Assembly: GCA_049325515.1 (NCBI GenBank)
Contig: JBMOLI010000011.1
Location: 89,022 to 153,021 of the forward strand
Source: Actinomycetota bacterium
GTDB taxonomy: Bacteria > Actinomycetota > Acidimicrobiia > Acidimicrobiales > VFJN01
Length of the DNA stretch: 64,000 nt
Direction of reading: 5' to 3'
Numbering within the stretch: position 1 is the stretch's first letter; the number at the start of each line of letters is the position of its first letter. Both the position numbers and the translations under genes were made by a program. Under the pieces are notes generated by a model. That model searched no databases, was not told the DNA's origin, and was given only the letters and a program-made list of their open reading frames with translations. This document shows, one piece after another, positions 11,801-19,861 of this stretch.

Positions 11801-12245
11801 CGACCTCGATGGCGGACCAGCCGGCCTCCGCGCCGACCAGATCGCGCACGCCGGCCGCGGTGGACAGCCGGTCACGCCCGATCGCCCACAGAGCGTCCTT
11901 CAATCTCAGGAGAGCGGCATTGGCCCGCTCGGGCCCACCCGCTCCGTTCGCGGACGGCGCGTCCATGCGCTTGTCGGCCTCGATGACCCAGTCGCCCATC
12001 GCAGCGATGGCAGCCCGGACCCGGGTCGCAAGATCGCGATCACGGACCAGCACCGCCACGCCATCGGGGCTCCGCAGCAGGCCGTCGAGATCCTCCAAGA
12101 AGACCGCGGCCGCCTCTGCAGCGGCCGCCACGTCGCCCCGCGGGGTCAGGAGGTGGCGGGCTGCATCGAGACGCTGGAGGACTTCCGTTGCGGGGAGAAG
12201 AGTCCGAGTCCCGGGCCCCCGCACGAGGGCGATGATGCCGCACAC
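8817..12245 (-). CDS. GlmS-like glutamine amidotransferase (class II Ntn domain + SIS domains), about 1142 aa with large insertions and a C-terminal extension
   Basis: CGIIALV..., RGRDSAG, GHTRWAS, NGDVDNF (Ntn glutaminase). YPHFLLKEI, AISQSGTTTDT, VASTKAF (SIS). Start moved to GTG 12243-12245 so the catalytic Cys is residue 2, with GGAAGGA 8 nt upstream. It occupies the syntenic glmS position. Confidence 0.75.
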   Translation of the reverse strand: MCGIIALVRGPGTRTLLPATEVLQRLDAARHLLTPRGDVAAAAEAAAVFLEDLDGLLRSPDGVAVLVRDRDLATRVRAAIAAMGDWVIEADKRMDAPSANGAGGPERANAALLRLKDALWAIGRDRLSTAAGVRDLVGAEAGWSAIEVGTSIQQALAAIDRLEVRGRDSAGLTILLRDHGLDLDDPAVARLLGGRADDPLFRSRAVRTPEGHLSFVYKAAAEIGELGDNTAAMRADIVADDLLRLALQGERAAAVVLGHTRWASIGIISQPNAHPVDSLEIDRPDGPYVTAALNGDVDNFADLKAADGLRVAAEITTDAKVIPTLISRRLADGADLATAFRNTVAGFEGSVAIGASAASSPGHLVLALRGSGQALYVGLAEGCFVVASEPYGLVELTDSYLRMDGETPADPANPNASRGQIIVLDGSKAGSLDGVHRQAYDGTVLPIAKDELQRAEVTTRDIDRGEYPHFLLKEISEAPVSFRKTLRGKIVDRGSGPEVVLGPDVLPDDVRQRLASGAIDRVQVIGQGTAHIAGQSLVSALIEAAPDGRLRVEALPATELSGFGLRPDMSDTLVIAISQSGTTTDTNRTVDLARSRGAAVIAVVNRRQSDLTDKADGVLYTADGRDVEMSVASTKAFYAQIAAGFLLAWAIASEVGGSVDPEVVEALRRLPTAMEETLTRRAEIAAAAQQLAPAKRYWAIVGNGPNRVAAEELRIKLSELCYRSIACDATEDKKHIDLSCEPLILVCATGLEGSTADDVAKEVAIYRAHKASPIVIATDGQARFAAALQVITVPQTHPRLAFVLTTVAGHLFGYEAALAIDAQARPLREARAAIEEAVGESATTDGDGLLRKLRPTMTATASRFFDGLRSGAYDGNLEASTAVRLASSFRYALGIAPLDAYQAELGRIGTPAVVVDDLTTALTQGIEELTRPVDAIKHQAKTVTVGISRSDETLLQPALVQAVLAAGANRDGLSYKTLRTLADLDPAVAEVTGWIRYAIDGDAEDGEVPVSVVARGGIALDIPSRTERTGMLRGTKHTVAVERQVFVTRGREDGRTIVIVPETKDDRAVGITLLHVRFHDRLSAATARGALQGYRNRWSALRDAVLETEQTFREDLLAEVTAADLLVEPIRELADRWRVRPA

Positions 12246-12297
12246 TTGGCGAGTCCTTCCGGTCCGAGGGTCTGGCAAGCGTACCGGCGGCAGCCCG

Positions 12298-13629
12298 TCA
12301 GTGGAGTGCGCTGATGGCAGCGACCAAGCGCTCAGCGGCGGCCTCGGCGCGTTCGCTGGTGGGGGCCTCGACCATCACGCGGACGAGGGGCTCCGTGCCG
12401 CTGGCCCGGATGAGGACACGGCCGCTGTCGCCGAGCCCCCGCTCCACCTCGGCCAGCTCTGACGCGATGGCCTCGCGCACCTCCGCCGCCCCTTGCGGAA
12501 CACGAACGTTGCGCAGCACCTGCGGCAGCCTCGCCATCGAAGCGTCGGCTAGATCGGCGAGCGGACGACCGGTGCGAACCATGATGTCGAGGATCTGCAC
12601 CGCGGTCATCAGCCCGTCGCCGGTGGTGGCTCGGTCGGTGAAGATCACGTGTCCGCTCTGCTCGCCTCCCAGCGACAAGCCGGCGTCGTCAAGCGCCTCC
12701 AGCACGTAGCGGTCGCCCACCGGCACCTGGAGCACCTTGATCCCGTGGTCGGCCATGCCGATGTGGAACCCGAGGTTCGTCATGACCGTCACGACGACTG
12801 TGTCTTGGGCCAGGGTGCCTGCGAGGTGCCGGTCTATGGCGGTGATGGCGATGATCTGGTCGCCGTCGATGAGCCGTCCGTTGGCGTCGATGGCGAGCGC
12901 CCGGTCGGCGTCGCCGTCCAGTGCGATGCCCACATGCGCGCGGAGGTCGACCACGGCCCTCTGCAGTGCCTCCGGGTGGGTCGACCCGCAGCCGGCGTTG
13001 ATGTTGGCGCCGTCCGGTTCGGCGTGGAGCACCGAGACGTCCGCACCCAGCGAGCGCAGCAGCTCTGGCCCGCTGGTGCTGGCGGATCCGTTGGCGCAGT
13101 CGATCACGACGTGGAGGCCGGTGAGGCGCCGGCCGTCGATCGAGTCAGCGACAGACGCCGCCCAGCTGCTGAGGTCCGCGGCCCCTGTGACGACGGTGCC
13201 GACCTGGCTGCCAGTGCGTGGCTCCATCATCGCTTCGTGGCGCAGCAGGCTGTGCAGCTCGGCCTCCAGAGCCGTCTCGGTCGAGTCGTCGAGCTTGCGG
13301 CCACCGGCGCCGAACAGCTTCACGCCGTTGTCCTCGAAGGGGTTGTGGGAGGCCGAGATGACGGCACCTGCGATGGCGTCGCGAGCTGCGACCCAGGCAA
13401 CGGCCGGGGTGGGTGCCACGCCCAGCAGCTCGACGTCCACGCCTTCAGCGGTGATCCCCGCCACGAGCGCTGCTTCGAGCAGAGGCCCCGACCGCCGAGT
13501 GTCGCGCCCGATCACGAAGCGGGAGGAGGGCAGCACCCGCGCTGTAGCCCGCCCGAGAGCGAGCACGAGCTCCGGCGTCAGGTCGAGGTTCGCCACCCCC
13601 CGAACCCCATCAGTCCCAAACCTCAACAT
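12298..13629 (-). CDS. glmM: Phosphoglucosamine mutase
   Basis: MLRFGTDGVRGVAN and phosphoserine loop ISASHNPFEDNG. ATG at 13627-13629; alternative GTG two codons upstream at 13635. Confidence 0.93.
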   Translation of the reverse strand: MLRFGTDGVRGVANLDLTPELVLALGRATARVLPSSRFVIGRDTRRSGPLLEAALVAGITAEGVDVELLGVAPTPAVAWVAARDAIAGAVISASHNPFEDNGVKLFGAGGRKLDDSTETALEAELHSLLRHEAMMEPRTGSQVGTVVTGAADLSSWAASVADSIDGRRLTGLHVVIDCANGSASTSGPELLRSLGADVSVLHAEPDGANINAGCGSTHPEALQRAVVDLRAHVGIALDGDADRALAIDANGRLIDGDQIIAITAIDRHLAGTLAQDTVVVTVMTNLGFHIGMADHGIKVLQVPVGDRYVLEALDDAGLSLGGEQSGHVIFTDRATTGDGLMTAVQILDIMVRTGRPLADLADASMARLPQVLRNVRVPQGAAEVREAIASELAEVERGLGDSGRVLIRASGTEPLVRVMVEAPTSERAEAAAERLVAAISALH

Positions 13630-13756
13630 GTTCACCCGATCGTAGATGCGCCGAGAACAGCGGCTCTCAATGCATCGGTTCCCCGACGAGGACGTGCGCG
13701 ACAGTGCCCCGGGCGGGAAGGGGAGCGCGCCGAAGGCGCACCAAAGGTTCGCCGCA

Positions 13757-13773
13757 GGCCGCCAACGGCGGCC
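13757..13773 (-). terminator. Hairpin downstream of rpsI
   Basis: GGCCGCC-AAC-GGCGGCC, a perfect 7-bp stem 15 nt after the rpsI stop. No U-tract; function inferred. Confidence 0.35.
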
Positions 13774-13787
13774 GAGGACGACAGCGC

Positions 13788-14192
13788 CTAGCGCTTCGAG
13801 TACTGCGGCGCCTTGCGGGCCTTCTTGAGGCCGTACTTCTTCGATTCCTTCTCGCGGCTGTCGCGGGTGAGGAAGCCGAGGCGCTTGAGCGCGGGGCGCA
13901 GCTCGGGGTCGAGCTCGATCAGAGCGCGGGCGATGCCGAGGCGCAGCGCACCGGCCTGGCCGGTGGGGCCGCCGCCGTCGATGGTGGCGTCGATGTCGTA
14001 GGCATCGGTGCGCTCGGTGGCGCGCAGCGGCTCGGTGAGGATCATCTGGTGCGTCTTGGAGGGGAAGTAGTCGTCGAGCGAGCGCTTGTTGACGGTGATC
14101 GTGCCGTCGCCCTCACCTTCGCTGGCACGGACGCGCACGCGGGCGACAGCCTGCTTGCGGCGACCGGTGGATTGCACGAGGGGCTGGGACAC
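13788..14192 (-). CDS. rpsI: 30S ribosomal protein S9
   Basis: 134 aa ending ...[17 protein letters not shown] start preceded by AGGAG. Confidence 0.96.
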   Translation of the reverse strand: MSQPLVQSTGRRKQAVARVRVRASEGEGDGTITVNKRSLDDYFPSKTHQMILTEPLRATERTDAYDIDATIDGGGPTGQAGALRLGIARALIELDPELRPALKRLGFLTRDSREKESKKYGLKKARKAPQYSKR

Positions 14193-14200
14193 GGGATCTC

Positions 14201-14650
14201 CTACGCGGTGCGCCGGGCGGCGGCGATGTCGAGGGCCTCGGGCATCTGCGCCGAGTGGGGATGGTTGGGGCCGGCGTACACCTTGAGCTTGGTGAGCATC
14301 TGGCGGCCGAGGCGGTTCTTCGGGAGCATGCCGCGGATGGCCCGACGGATCGCCTCCTCGGGCTTGCGCGCCTGGGCGTCGCCGAAGGTGCGGGACTTGA
14401 GCCCGCCCGGATAGCCGGAGTGGCGGTAGACCATCTTCTGCTCGGCCTTGTTGGCCGTGACGACGACCTTCTCGGCGTTGATCACGATCACGTGGTCACC
14501 CATGTCGAGGTTGGGTGCGTAGACCGGCTTGTGCTTTCCACGGAGGATGCGCGCGGCCTCGGTGGAGAGGCGCCCGAGGACGAGGTCTTCCGCGTCGATC
14601 ACGTACCACTTGCGGGTGATCTCGCTTGCCTTGGGGCTGTAGGTGCGCAC
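14201..14650 (-). CDS. rplM: 50S ribosomal protein L13
   Basis: 149 aa from GTG 14648-14650 ((M)[19 protein letters not shown]). The track ORF 14201..15091 overextends upstream into the truA 3' end. Confidence 0.94.
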   Translation of the reverse strand: MRTYSPKASEITRKWYVIDAEDLVLGRLSTEAARILRGKHKPVYAPNLDMGDHVIVINAEKVVVTANKAEQKMVYRHSGYPGGLKSRTFGDAQARKPEEAIRRAIRGMLPKNRLGRQMLTKLKVYAGPNHPHSAQMPEALDIAAARRTA

Positions 14651-14715
14651 GCGAAGCGTCCTCGGGGAGTTGCGGGATGATCTGGCCGGGCGCTCTGGCG
14701 CCGAAGCGGAGTGCA

Positions 14716-14745
14716 AAACTACGGCCCGGCGAGCGCCGACCGCAA
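14716..14745 (-). promoter_or_regulatory. Candidate sigma-70-type promoter for rplM-rpsI
   Basis: On the minus strand: TTGCGG (14745-14740), 18 nt spacer, TAGTTT (14721-14716), about 65 nt upstream of the rplM GTG. Pattern match only. Confidence 0.3.
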
Positions 14746-14762
14746 CTTGCCGACGTGGGACA

Positions 14763-15563
14763 TCAGTACTCGACGTGCCACAGGCACAGGCCGTGCGGTG
14801 GTGCGATGGAGGCCGCGCTAGCGCGATCGCGAGAGCGCAGGATGCCGCTGATCTCACCTGCCCTGACCCGACCGTGCCCGGCGGAGACCACGGTGCCGAC
14901 GATGCTCCGCACCATCTGGTGACAGAAGGCTGTGGCCGTGATCTCGAACCGCAGGATGCCCTCGCCCATGTCGGTCCATTCGGCCGACAGGACGCGGCGC
15001 ACGAGGGAAGCCGCGTCGCCTGCGGGACCTGGCTTGGGCCGCCGGCAGAACGCCGAGAAGTCGTGCTCACCGAGCAGCGGGTCGCACGCAAGGGCCAGCA
15101 GGTGCAGATCGAGCGGTGCTGTCACGTGCCAGGCCGTCCGAGCGAGGAAGGGGTCGGGCACCTCGCGGTTCAGGACCGTGTAGCGGTAGGTGCGCGACCG
15201 GGCGGAGAAGCGGGCGTCGAAGGTTGGAGCGACCGCCGCAACCTCTCGCACGACGATCTCGTGGCCGCACAGCTTCACGAGCGAACGTTGCAGCGCCTCG
15301 AGGTCGGTTCCGGCGGCGACATCGAGGCTGACCACCTGGCCCCAGGCGTGCACGCCGCGGTCGGTGCGGCCGGCACAGGTGATCTCCACGCCGTGCCGGA
15401 CCACCCGCTCGATCGCCGCGCGCAGCACCCCCGCGACGGTCCGCTGCCCCGGTTGCTCCGCAAACCCCGCAAAGCCGGTCCCGTCATAGGCAAGGACCAT
15501 CCGAACCCGCACCAAGGGGCCAGCGGGCGCCAGCGGGGTGTCAGGCAACTCGAACAGCGTCAC
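14763..15563 (-). CDS. truA: tRNA pseudouridine(38-40) synthase
   Basis: [10 protein letters not shown] and catalytic GRTDRGVHA motifs. Start set to GTG 15561-15563 because codons further upstream run into the intergenic repeat at 15591-15669. GTG 15512 is an alternative. Confidence 0.85.
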   Translation of the reverse strand: MTLFELPDTPLAPAGPLVRVRMVLAYDGTGFAGFAEQPGQRTVAGVLRAAIERVVRHGVEITCAGRTDRGVHAWGQVVSLDVAAGTDLEALQRSLVKLCGHEIVVREVAAVAPTFDARFSARSRTYRYTVLNREVPDPFLARTAWHVTAPLDLHLLALACDPLLGEHDFSAFCRRPKPGPAGDAASLVRRVLSAEWTDMGEGILRFEITATAFCHQMVRSIVGTVVSAGHGRVRAGEISGILRSRDRASAASIAPPHGLCLWHVEY

Positions 15564-15590
15564 AAGCCGAGACCGTAGGCGCGAGCGCCG

Positions 15591-15669
15591 GCGGGGGGTG
15601 TGGGGGGCAGAGGCTCCGCCGGAGCCCCCCACCCGCGCAGGGGCGGCTCCGCCGTCCCCGGAGCAGCAA
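15591..15669. repeat. GC-rich structured intergenic element, copy B
   Basis: About 91 percent identical to 821-900, in the same orientation. Lies between the rplQ stop and the truA start. Confidence 0.8.
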
Positions 15670-15705
15670 GCGTTCCGCGCCGCCGAATGGCGGCACGAGA
15701 AGCTC

Positions 15706-15730
15706 GGCGACGAAGCTCCGCTTCGGCGCC
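15706..15730 (-). terminator. Hairpin 2 nt after the rplQ stop
   Basis: GGCGACGAAGC-TCC-GCTTCGGCGCC, an 11-bp stem with 1 mismatch. A second small hairpin GCCGCC-GAAT-GGCGGC lies at 15679-15694. Confidence 0.4.
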
Positions 15731-15732
15731 GA

Positions 15733-16086
15733 TTACACCAGTTCGATGCGCGCCATCGGGGCGTTGTCGCCCTGGCGGTTGCCCAGCTTCAAGATGCGGG
15801 TGTAGCCACCGTTGCGGTCTGCGTAGCGGGGCCCGATCTCCGTGAAGAGCTTGTGGGCCATCTCCTTGTCACCGAGGTACGAGACGACCTGGCGGTGGTT
15901 GTGGAGGCCACCCTTCTTCGCCTTGGTGATGACCTTCTCGGCGACAGGGCGCAGCGCCTTGGCCTTGGCCTCTGTGGTGACGATCCCCTCGGCCGCCACG
16001 AGCGATGCGACGAGGTTCGCCATCATCAGGCGCTGGTGCTGGGAGCTGCCGCCGAAGCGGCGCCCCTTCTTCGGGGTGGCAGGCAT
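15733..16086 (-). CDS. rplQ: 50S ribosomal protein L17
   Basis: 117 aa, [25 protein letters not shown]... Confidence 0.96.
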   Translation of the reverse strand: MPATPKKGRRFGGSSQHQRLMMANLVASLVAAEGIVTTEAKAKALRPVAEKVITKAKKGGLHNHRQVVSYLGDKEMAHKLFTEIGPRYADRNGGYTRILKLGNRQGDNAPMARIELV

Positions 16087-16095
16087 GGCTGAGCC

Positions 16096-17034
16096 TCAGT
16101 CCTTGGTGCGCAGCGCCAGGCCGCGCTCGTTCAGCTTCTCGATGACCTCGTCGAGCGACTTCTGGCCGAAGTTGGTGATCGCCAGCAGGTCGTCCTCGGT
16201 CTTGAGCAGCAGCTCGCCGATCGAGTTCACCTGCGCTCGCTTGAGGCAGTTGCGGGGGCGCTCGGAGAGGTCGAGGTCTTCGATCGGCAGGTCGAGGTCG
16301 GGCGAGCCGGCCGTGACCGTGGCCATCTCACCGAGCTCGAGGCCCTGCGGCTCGTCGCTCATCTCGGCCACCAGGCCGACGAGCGACCGCAGCGTGTCTC
16401 CCGCGGACGCCAGCGCCTCCCGCGGGGAGATGGAGCCGTCGGTCTCGATGTCGAGGACCAGGCGGTCGTACTCGGTCGACTGCTCGACGCGCGTCGGCTC
16501 GATCTGGAAGGCCACCCGCCGCACGGGCGAGAAGATCGAGTCGACAGGGATCACGCCGATGGTCTGGCTCGACTTGTTGCGGTCAGCCGACACGTAGCCG
16601 CGGCCCTTCGACACGGTGATGTCGACGGCGAGCCGGGCCGACTTGTTGAGCGTGGCGATCGGCATGTCCGGGTTGAGGATGTCGACGTCTGAGTTGGGCT
16701 CGATGTCCTTGGCCGTGATCTCGCCGGGGCCCTTGGCGTCGAGGCGCAGGGTGACGGGCTCGCTGCTGTGGCAGACGAGAACGAGATCCTTGAGGTTGAG
16801 GATGATGTCGGTGACGTCCTCGGTGACGCCCGCGATGGTGTCGAACTCGTGCAGGGCGTCGTCGAAGCGGAGCTGGGTGATGGCGGCGCCTGGGATCGAC
16901 GAGAGGAGGGTGCGGCGGAGCGAGTTGCCCAGGGTGTGGCCGAAGCCTGGCTCCAGCGGGCTCACGGAGAAGCGCTGGCGGTTGCCTTCGGCCTCGCCGA
17001 TCGCCTCGACGGTCGGGCGCTGGATGACGAGCAT
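16096..17034 (-). CDS. rpoA: DNA-directed RNA polymerase subunit alpha
   Basis: 312 aa with LEPGFGHTLGNSLRRTLLSSIPG and a C-terminal domain ending ...LSERPRNCLKRAQVNSIGEL. Confidence 0.97.
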   Translation of the reverse strand: MLVIQRPTVEAIGEAEGNRQRFSVSPLEPGFGHTLGNSLRRTLLSSIPGAAITQLRFDDALHEFDTIAGVTEDVTDIILNLKDLVLVCHSSEPVTLRLDAKGPGEITAKDIEPNSDVDILNPDMPIATLNKSARLAVDITVSKGRGYVSADRNKSSQTIGVIPVDSIFSPVRRVAFQIEPTRVEQSTEYDRLVLDIETDGSISPREALASAGDTLRSLVGLVAEMSDEPQGLELGEMATVTAGSPDLDLPIEDLDLSERPRNCLKRAQVNSIGELLLKTEDDLLAITNFGQKSLDEVIEKLNERGLALRTKD

Positions 17035-17075
17035 GGTCTGCTACCTCGGTTATCGGTGGCGGCGGGGGGAACGGA

Positions 17076-17690
17076 CTACTTGGAGTACAGCTCGACGATG
17101 AGCTGCTCACGCACGGGCACGTCGATCTGCTCGCGGAGCGGAAGCTCGCGCACGGTGATGGACTTGCCGCCATCGCCGGCGTCGAACCACGCCGGCAGGC
17201 GCACGTCGAGCGTGTCGAGGTTGTGCTGGATGACGATCATCGCCTGGCTCTTGGCTCGCAGTGAGACGACGTCGCCCTTCTTCACGCGGTAGCTGGGGAT
17301 GTCGACGCGCTTGCCGTTGACATCGATCAGCCCGTGGTTGACGAACTGGCGCGCTTGGGGCCGCGTGCGGGCCCAGCCGGCCCGGAAGACGATGTTGTCG
17401 AGCCGCTGCTCGAGGAAGCGGAGGAGGTTCTCGCCGGTGACGCCCTTGGCGCGGGTGGCCTCCTTGTAGAGGTTCTCGAACTGGCGCTCGAGCAGGCCGT
17501 AGATGTGCTTGGCCTTCTGCTTCTCCTGCAGCTGCATGGAGTACTCGGAGGGCTGCCGGCGCCGTGAGCGACCGTGCTCGCCGGGCGGGTACGGGCGCTT
17601 CTCGAGGGCCTTGCGGCCCTTGTCGTTCTCGAAGACGTTGACGCCGAGGCGACGGGAGATCTTGACCTTGGGGCCTGTGTAGCGAGCCAT
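17076..17690 (-). CDS. rpsD: 30S ribosomal protein S4
   Basis: 204 aa, MARYTGPKVKISRRLG... Confidence 0.96.
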   Translation of the reverse strand: MARYTGPKVKISRRLGVNVFENDKGRKALEKRPYPPGEHGRSRRRQPSEYSMQLQEKQKAKHIYGLLERQFENLYKEATRAKGVTGENLLRFLEQRLDNIVFRAGWARTRPQARQFVNHGLIDVNGKRVDIPSYRVKKGDVVSLRAKSQAMIVIQHNLDTLDVRLPAWFDAGDGGKSITVRELPLREQIDVPVREQLIVELYSK

Positions 17691-17699
17691 GCGAGGGCC

Positions 17700-18098
17700 T
17701 CAGACTCGGCGCCGCTTGGGAGGGCGGCAGCCGTTGTGGGGGACAGGGGTGACGTCTTTGATGCCGGTGACCTCGATGCCGGTGTTCTGGAGCGACCGGA
17801 TCGCCGTCTCACGACCGGATCCGGGACCCTTCACCTGCACGTCGACCTTGCGGACGCCGTGCTCCATGGCGCCTCGGGCCGCCTTCTCCGCTGCCATCTG
17901 GGCGGCGTAGGGGGTGCTCTTCTTCGAGCCCTTGAACCCGACGTTGCCAGCCGAGGCCCACGACAGCACGTTGCCCTCGAGGTCGGTGATCGTGATGATC
18001 GTGTTGTTGAACGAGCTCTTGATGTGCGCGACCCCGTGGGAGACGTTGCGCCGCTCACGCTTGCGCGGCCGCCGGCCGCCTGGCTTCGGCTTCGCCAT
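17700..18098 (-). CDS. rpsK: 30S ribosomal protein S11
   Basis: 132 aa with [18 protein letters not shown]. The ATG shares one base with the rpsM stop (TAATG). Confidence 0.96.
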   Translation of the reverse strand: MAKPKPGGRRPRKRERRNVSHGVAHIKSSFNNTIITITDLEGNVLSWASAGNVGFKGSKKSTPYAAQMAAEKAARGAMEHGVRKVDVQVKGPGSGRETAIRSLQNTGIEVTGIKDVTPVPHNGCRPPKRRRV

Positions 18099-18475
18099 TA
18101 CTTGCGCACCTTCTTCTTGCCGGCGACGGTCTTCTTCGGACCCTTGCGAGTGCGAGCGTTGGTCTGCGTGCGCTGGCCGCGGACGGGCAGGCCCTTGCGG
18201 TGGCGCAGGCCCTGCCAGCAGCCGATCTCCATCTTGCGGCGGATGTCCTGCTGCACCTCGCGGCGCAGATCGCCTTCCACCTCGAGGTTCTGGTCGACGT
18301 AGGCGCGGATCCGGTTGACCTCCTCGTCGGTGAGGTCGCGGACCCGAGTGTTGCGATCGAGGCCGAGCTCGTCGCAGACCTTCTGCGATGTGGTGCGACC
18401 CACACCGAAGATGTAGGTCAGCGAGATCTCCAGCCGCTTCTCGCGGGGGATGTCGACGCCAGCGATTCGTGCCAT
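18098..18475 (-). CDS. rpsM: 30S ribosomal protein S13
   Basis: 125 aa, [26 protein letters not shown]... Confidence 0.96.
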   Translation of the reverse strand: MARIAGVDIPREKRLEISLTYIFGVGRTTSQKVCDELGLDRNTRVRDLTDEEVNRIRAYVDQNLEVEGDLRREVQQDIRRKMEIGCWQGLRHRKGLPVRGQRTQTNARTRKGPKKTVAGKKKVRK

Positions 18476-18503
18476 GTGCTGAGGTGCCTGCCTATCTCTT
18501 CGA

Positions 18504-18617
18504 TCAGCCCTGGCGCTGCTTGTGCCGGGGGTTGGTGCAGATGACGCGGACGCTGCCGTGGCGACGGATCACCTTGCACTTCTCACACATCTTCTTGACG
18601 CTCGGACGGACCTTCAT
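18504..18617 (-). CDS. rpmJ: 50S ribosomal protein L36
   Basis: 37 aa, [37 protein letters not shown], inside track ORF 18504..18695. Confidence 0.93.
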   Translation of the reverse strand: MKVRPSVKKMCEKCKVIRRHGSVRVICTNPRHKQRQG

Positions 18618-18630
18618 CGCTGGCTCTCGA

Positions 18631-18855
18631 TCACTTGTAGCGGTAGGTGATCCGACCCCTGGTGAGGTCGTAGGGGGTGAGCTCCACCTGGACACGGTCG
18701 CCGGGCAGGATGCGGATGTAGTGCATGCGCATCTTCCCGGAGATGTGGGCCAAGACCTTGTGACCGTTCTCGAGCTCGACCCTGAACATGGCGTTCGGGA
18801 GGGGCTCGGTCACCGTCCCTTCCAGGACGATCGCGTCTTCCTTGGGCTTGGCCAG
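18631..18855 (-). CDS. infA: Translation initiation factor IF-1, apparently initiated at CTG
   Basis: The track ORF (60 aa, GTG 18811-18813) lacks the first beta-strand. The in-frame upstream codons read (CTG)[14 protein letters not shown], matching the IF-1 N-terminus. AGGAG lies 7 nt before CTG 18853-18855, and an in-frame TAA at 18877-18879 closes the frame. Confidence 0.8.
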   Translation of the reverse strand: MAKPKEDAIVLEGTVTEPLPNAMFRVELENGHKVLAHISGKMRMHYIRILPGDRVQVELTPYDLTRGRITYRYK

Positions 18856-18943
18856 GGTGGTGCTCCTGCAGATTCGTTACGGGTCGCATCACCGGTGCAC
18901 AGGGCGCGTGCAGCCGACGAAGGTGACCCAGGGCCGAAGGGTG

Positions 18944-18972
18944 ATGCTAGCGCGAGCCTGGCACGGGGCCAA
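18944..18972 (-). promoter_or_regulatory. Candidate promoter for the infA-rpmJ-rpsM... operon
   Basis: On the minus strand: TTGGCC (18972-18967), 17 nt spacer, TAGCAT (18949-18944), about 90 nt upstream of the infA start. Pattern match only. Confidence 0.3.
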
Positions 18973-19180
18973 CTCGGCGACGAGCGCGAGCAGGGACAAG
19001 CTCCACAGCTCGACCGCACTCACGGCACCACGCCTTCACGGTCTCACCTATCGGTGCTCCCTGGAGGCGCCGCAACGGCGTCTGCAGCGCCCGCCACAGT
19101 AGCGGCAGCGGCAGCGGCAGCGCGTCACCCTGGCGCCACCGCCACGACGACCTCGGTGGCCCCACTCCCCGACCCCGAAC

Positions 19181-19230
19181 GCGTGACGGCGGGCTCACGC
19201 AGCCTTGCGGCTGCGGGCCCGCCTTCACGC
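19181..19230. other. Long imperfect hairpin (20 bp in three helices) in an unassigned gap
   Basis: GCGTGA/TCACGC, GGCGGGC/GCCCGCC and CGCAGCC/GGCTGCG pairings with loop TTGC. It lies about 95 nt downstream (minus strand) of the 19325 stop and may be a terminator or an RNA element. Confidence 0.5.
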
Positions 19231-19324
19231 ATGGTGCACCAGCGCACCGCCCCCCTGGCCGGTGGGCCGGCGCTGCCCGCCGCCGACCCACTCCGGCGCG
19301 CTATGTGCGCCGCGCTCTATGGAG

Positions 19325-19861
19325 CTAGAGCGAGGACTTCTGGACCGCGCGCTTCCGCATCCGGGCGGCGCCGAGCACGAGCCCACCGACGGCGAGCGTG
19401 GCCAGCGCGATCTGGGTCATCGGCAGCGAGCTGTTCGAGCCTGTGCGTGCCAGCTCAGCCGCCGCGACCGTTGTGGTCGTCGTCGGGGCTGCCGTCGTCG
19501 TGGTCACTGCGGCCGGCGTGACTGTGAGGGTGAGCGAGAGCACGGAGGACCCGGAGTCGACGCAGTCGACGGACAGCGTCTCGGTGCCCGTAGCAGTCGA
19601 GGGGATGGTCGCCGAGAAGCTGAAAGCACCCGCTCCGGTCGCCGTCCCAGAGCCGACCTGAGCACCGTCGAGTGATGCCGTCACCGTGCCGTTGGGCTCG
19701 GCGCCGGTGCCACTGACGGTCACCGTGTCGCCCGCAGACGGGGTGGTGTCGGACACGGTGGCGTTGCAACCCCCGTAGCTCTGTGCGCCCGCAGGTGCCA
19801 TTTGCAGCGCGCCACCGGACGCAAGAACCAGAGCGGCAATGAGCAGAATTCGACGAAGCAT
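19325..19861 (-). CDS. Cell-wall-sorted surface protein with LAxTG (class E sortase type) signal
   Basis: 178 aa from ATG 19859-19861 (GGGGGAG upstream). Signal peptide MLRRILLIAALVLASGGALQMAPAGA and a Thr-rich stalk, then LARTG + hydrophobic helix + RMRKR tail. Confidence 0.75.
   Translation of the reverse strand: MLRRILLIAALVLASGGALQMAPAGAQSYGGCNATVSDTTPSAGDTVTVSGTGAEPNGTVTASLDGAQVGSGTATGAGAFSFSATIPSTATGTETLSVDCVDSGSSVLSLTLTVTPAAVTTTTAAPTTTTTVAAAELARTGSNSSLPMTQIALATLAVGGLVLGAARMRKRAVQKSSL

Noticed and set aside
12246-12278. ATG 12276-12278 as the start of the GlmS-like gene
   Set aside because: Class II amidotransferases need the Cys as the mature N-terminal residue. GTG 12243-12245 directly precedes the Cys codon and has a better-placed Shine-Dalgarno sequence.
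15564-15632. truA starting at the first start codon of track ORF 14763..15632
   Set aside because: Those codons run through the 15591-15669 element, whose other copy (821-900) is clearly non-coding. The GTG at 15563 lies just downstream of the element.
18631-18813. infA as a 60-aa protein starting at the GTG given by the ORF track
   Set aside because: That start would remove the conserved N-terminal strand. The upstream in-frame codons match the IF-1 N-terminus and follow an AGGAG Shine-Dalgarno sequence, so the CTG start at 18855 is preferred.
19101-19122. (AGCGGC)x3 tandem repeat as a possible CRISPR or VNTR feature
   Set aside because: It has only three 6-nt units with no spacers. It is a simple GC-rich microrepeat.
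19140-19250. 36-codon minus-strand ORF (MREGGPAAARLREPAVTRSGSGSGATEVVVAVAPG) in the 18.9-19.3 kb gap
   Set aside because: It has no Shine-Dalgarno sequence and is low-complexity. It coincides with the long hairpin at 19181-19230, so an RNA structure or terminator is more likely than a peptide.
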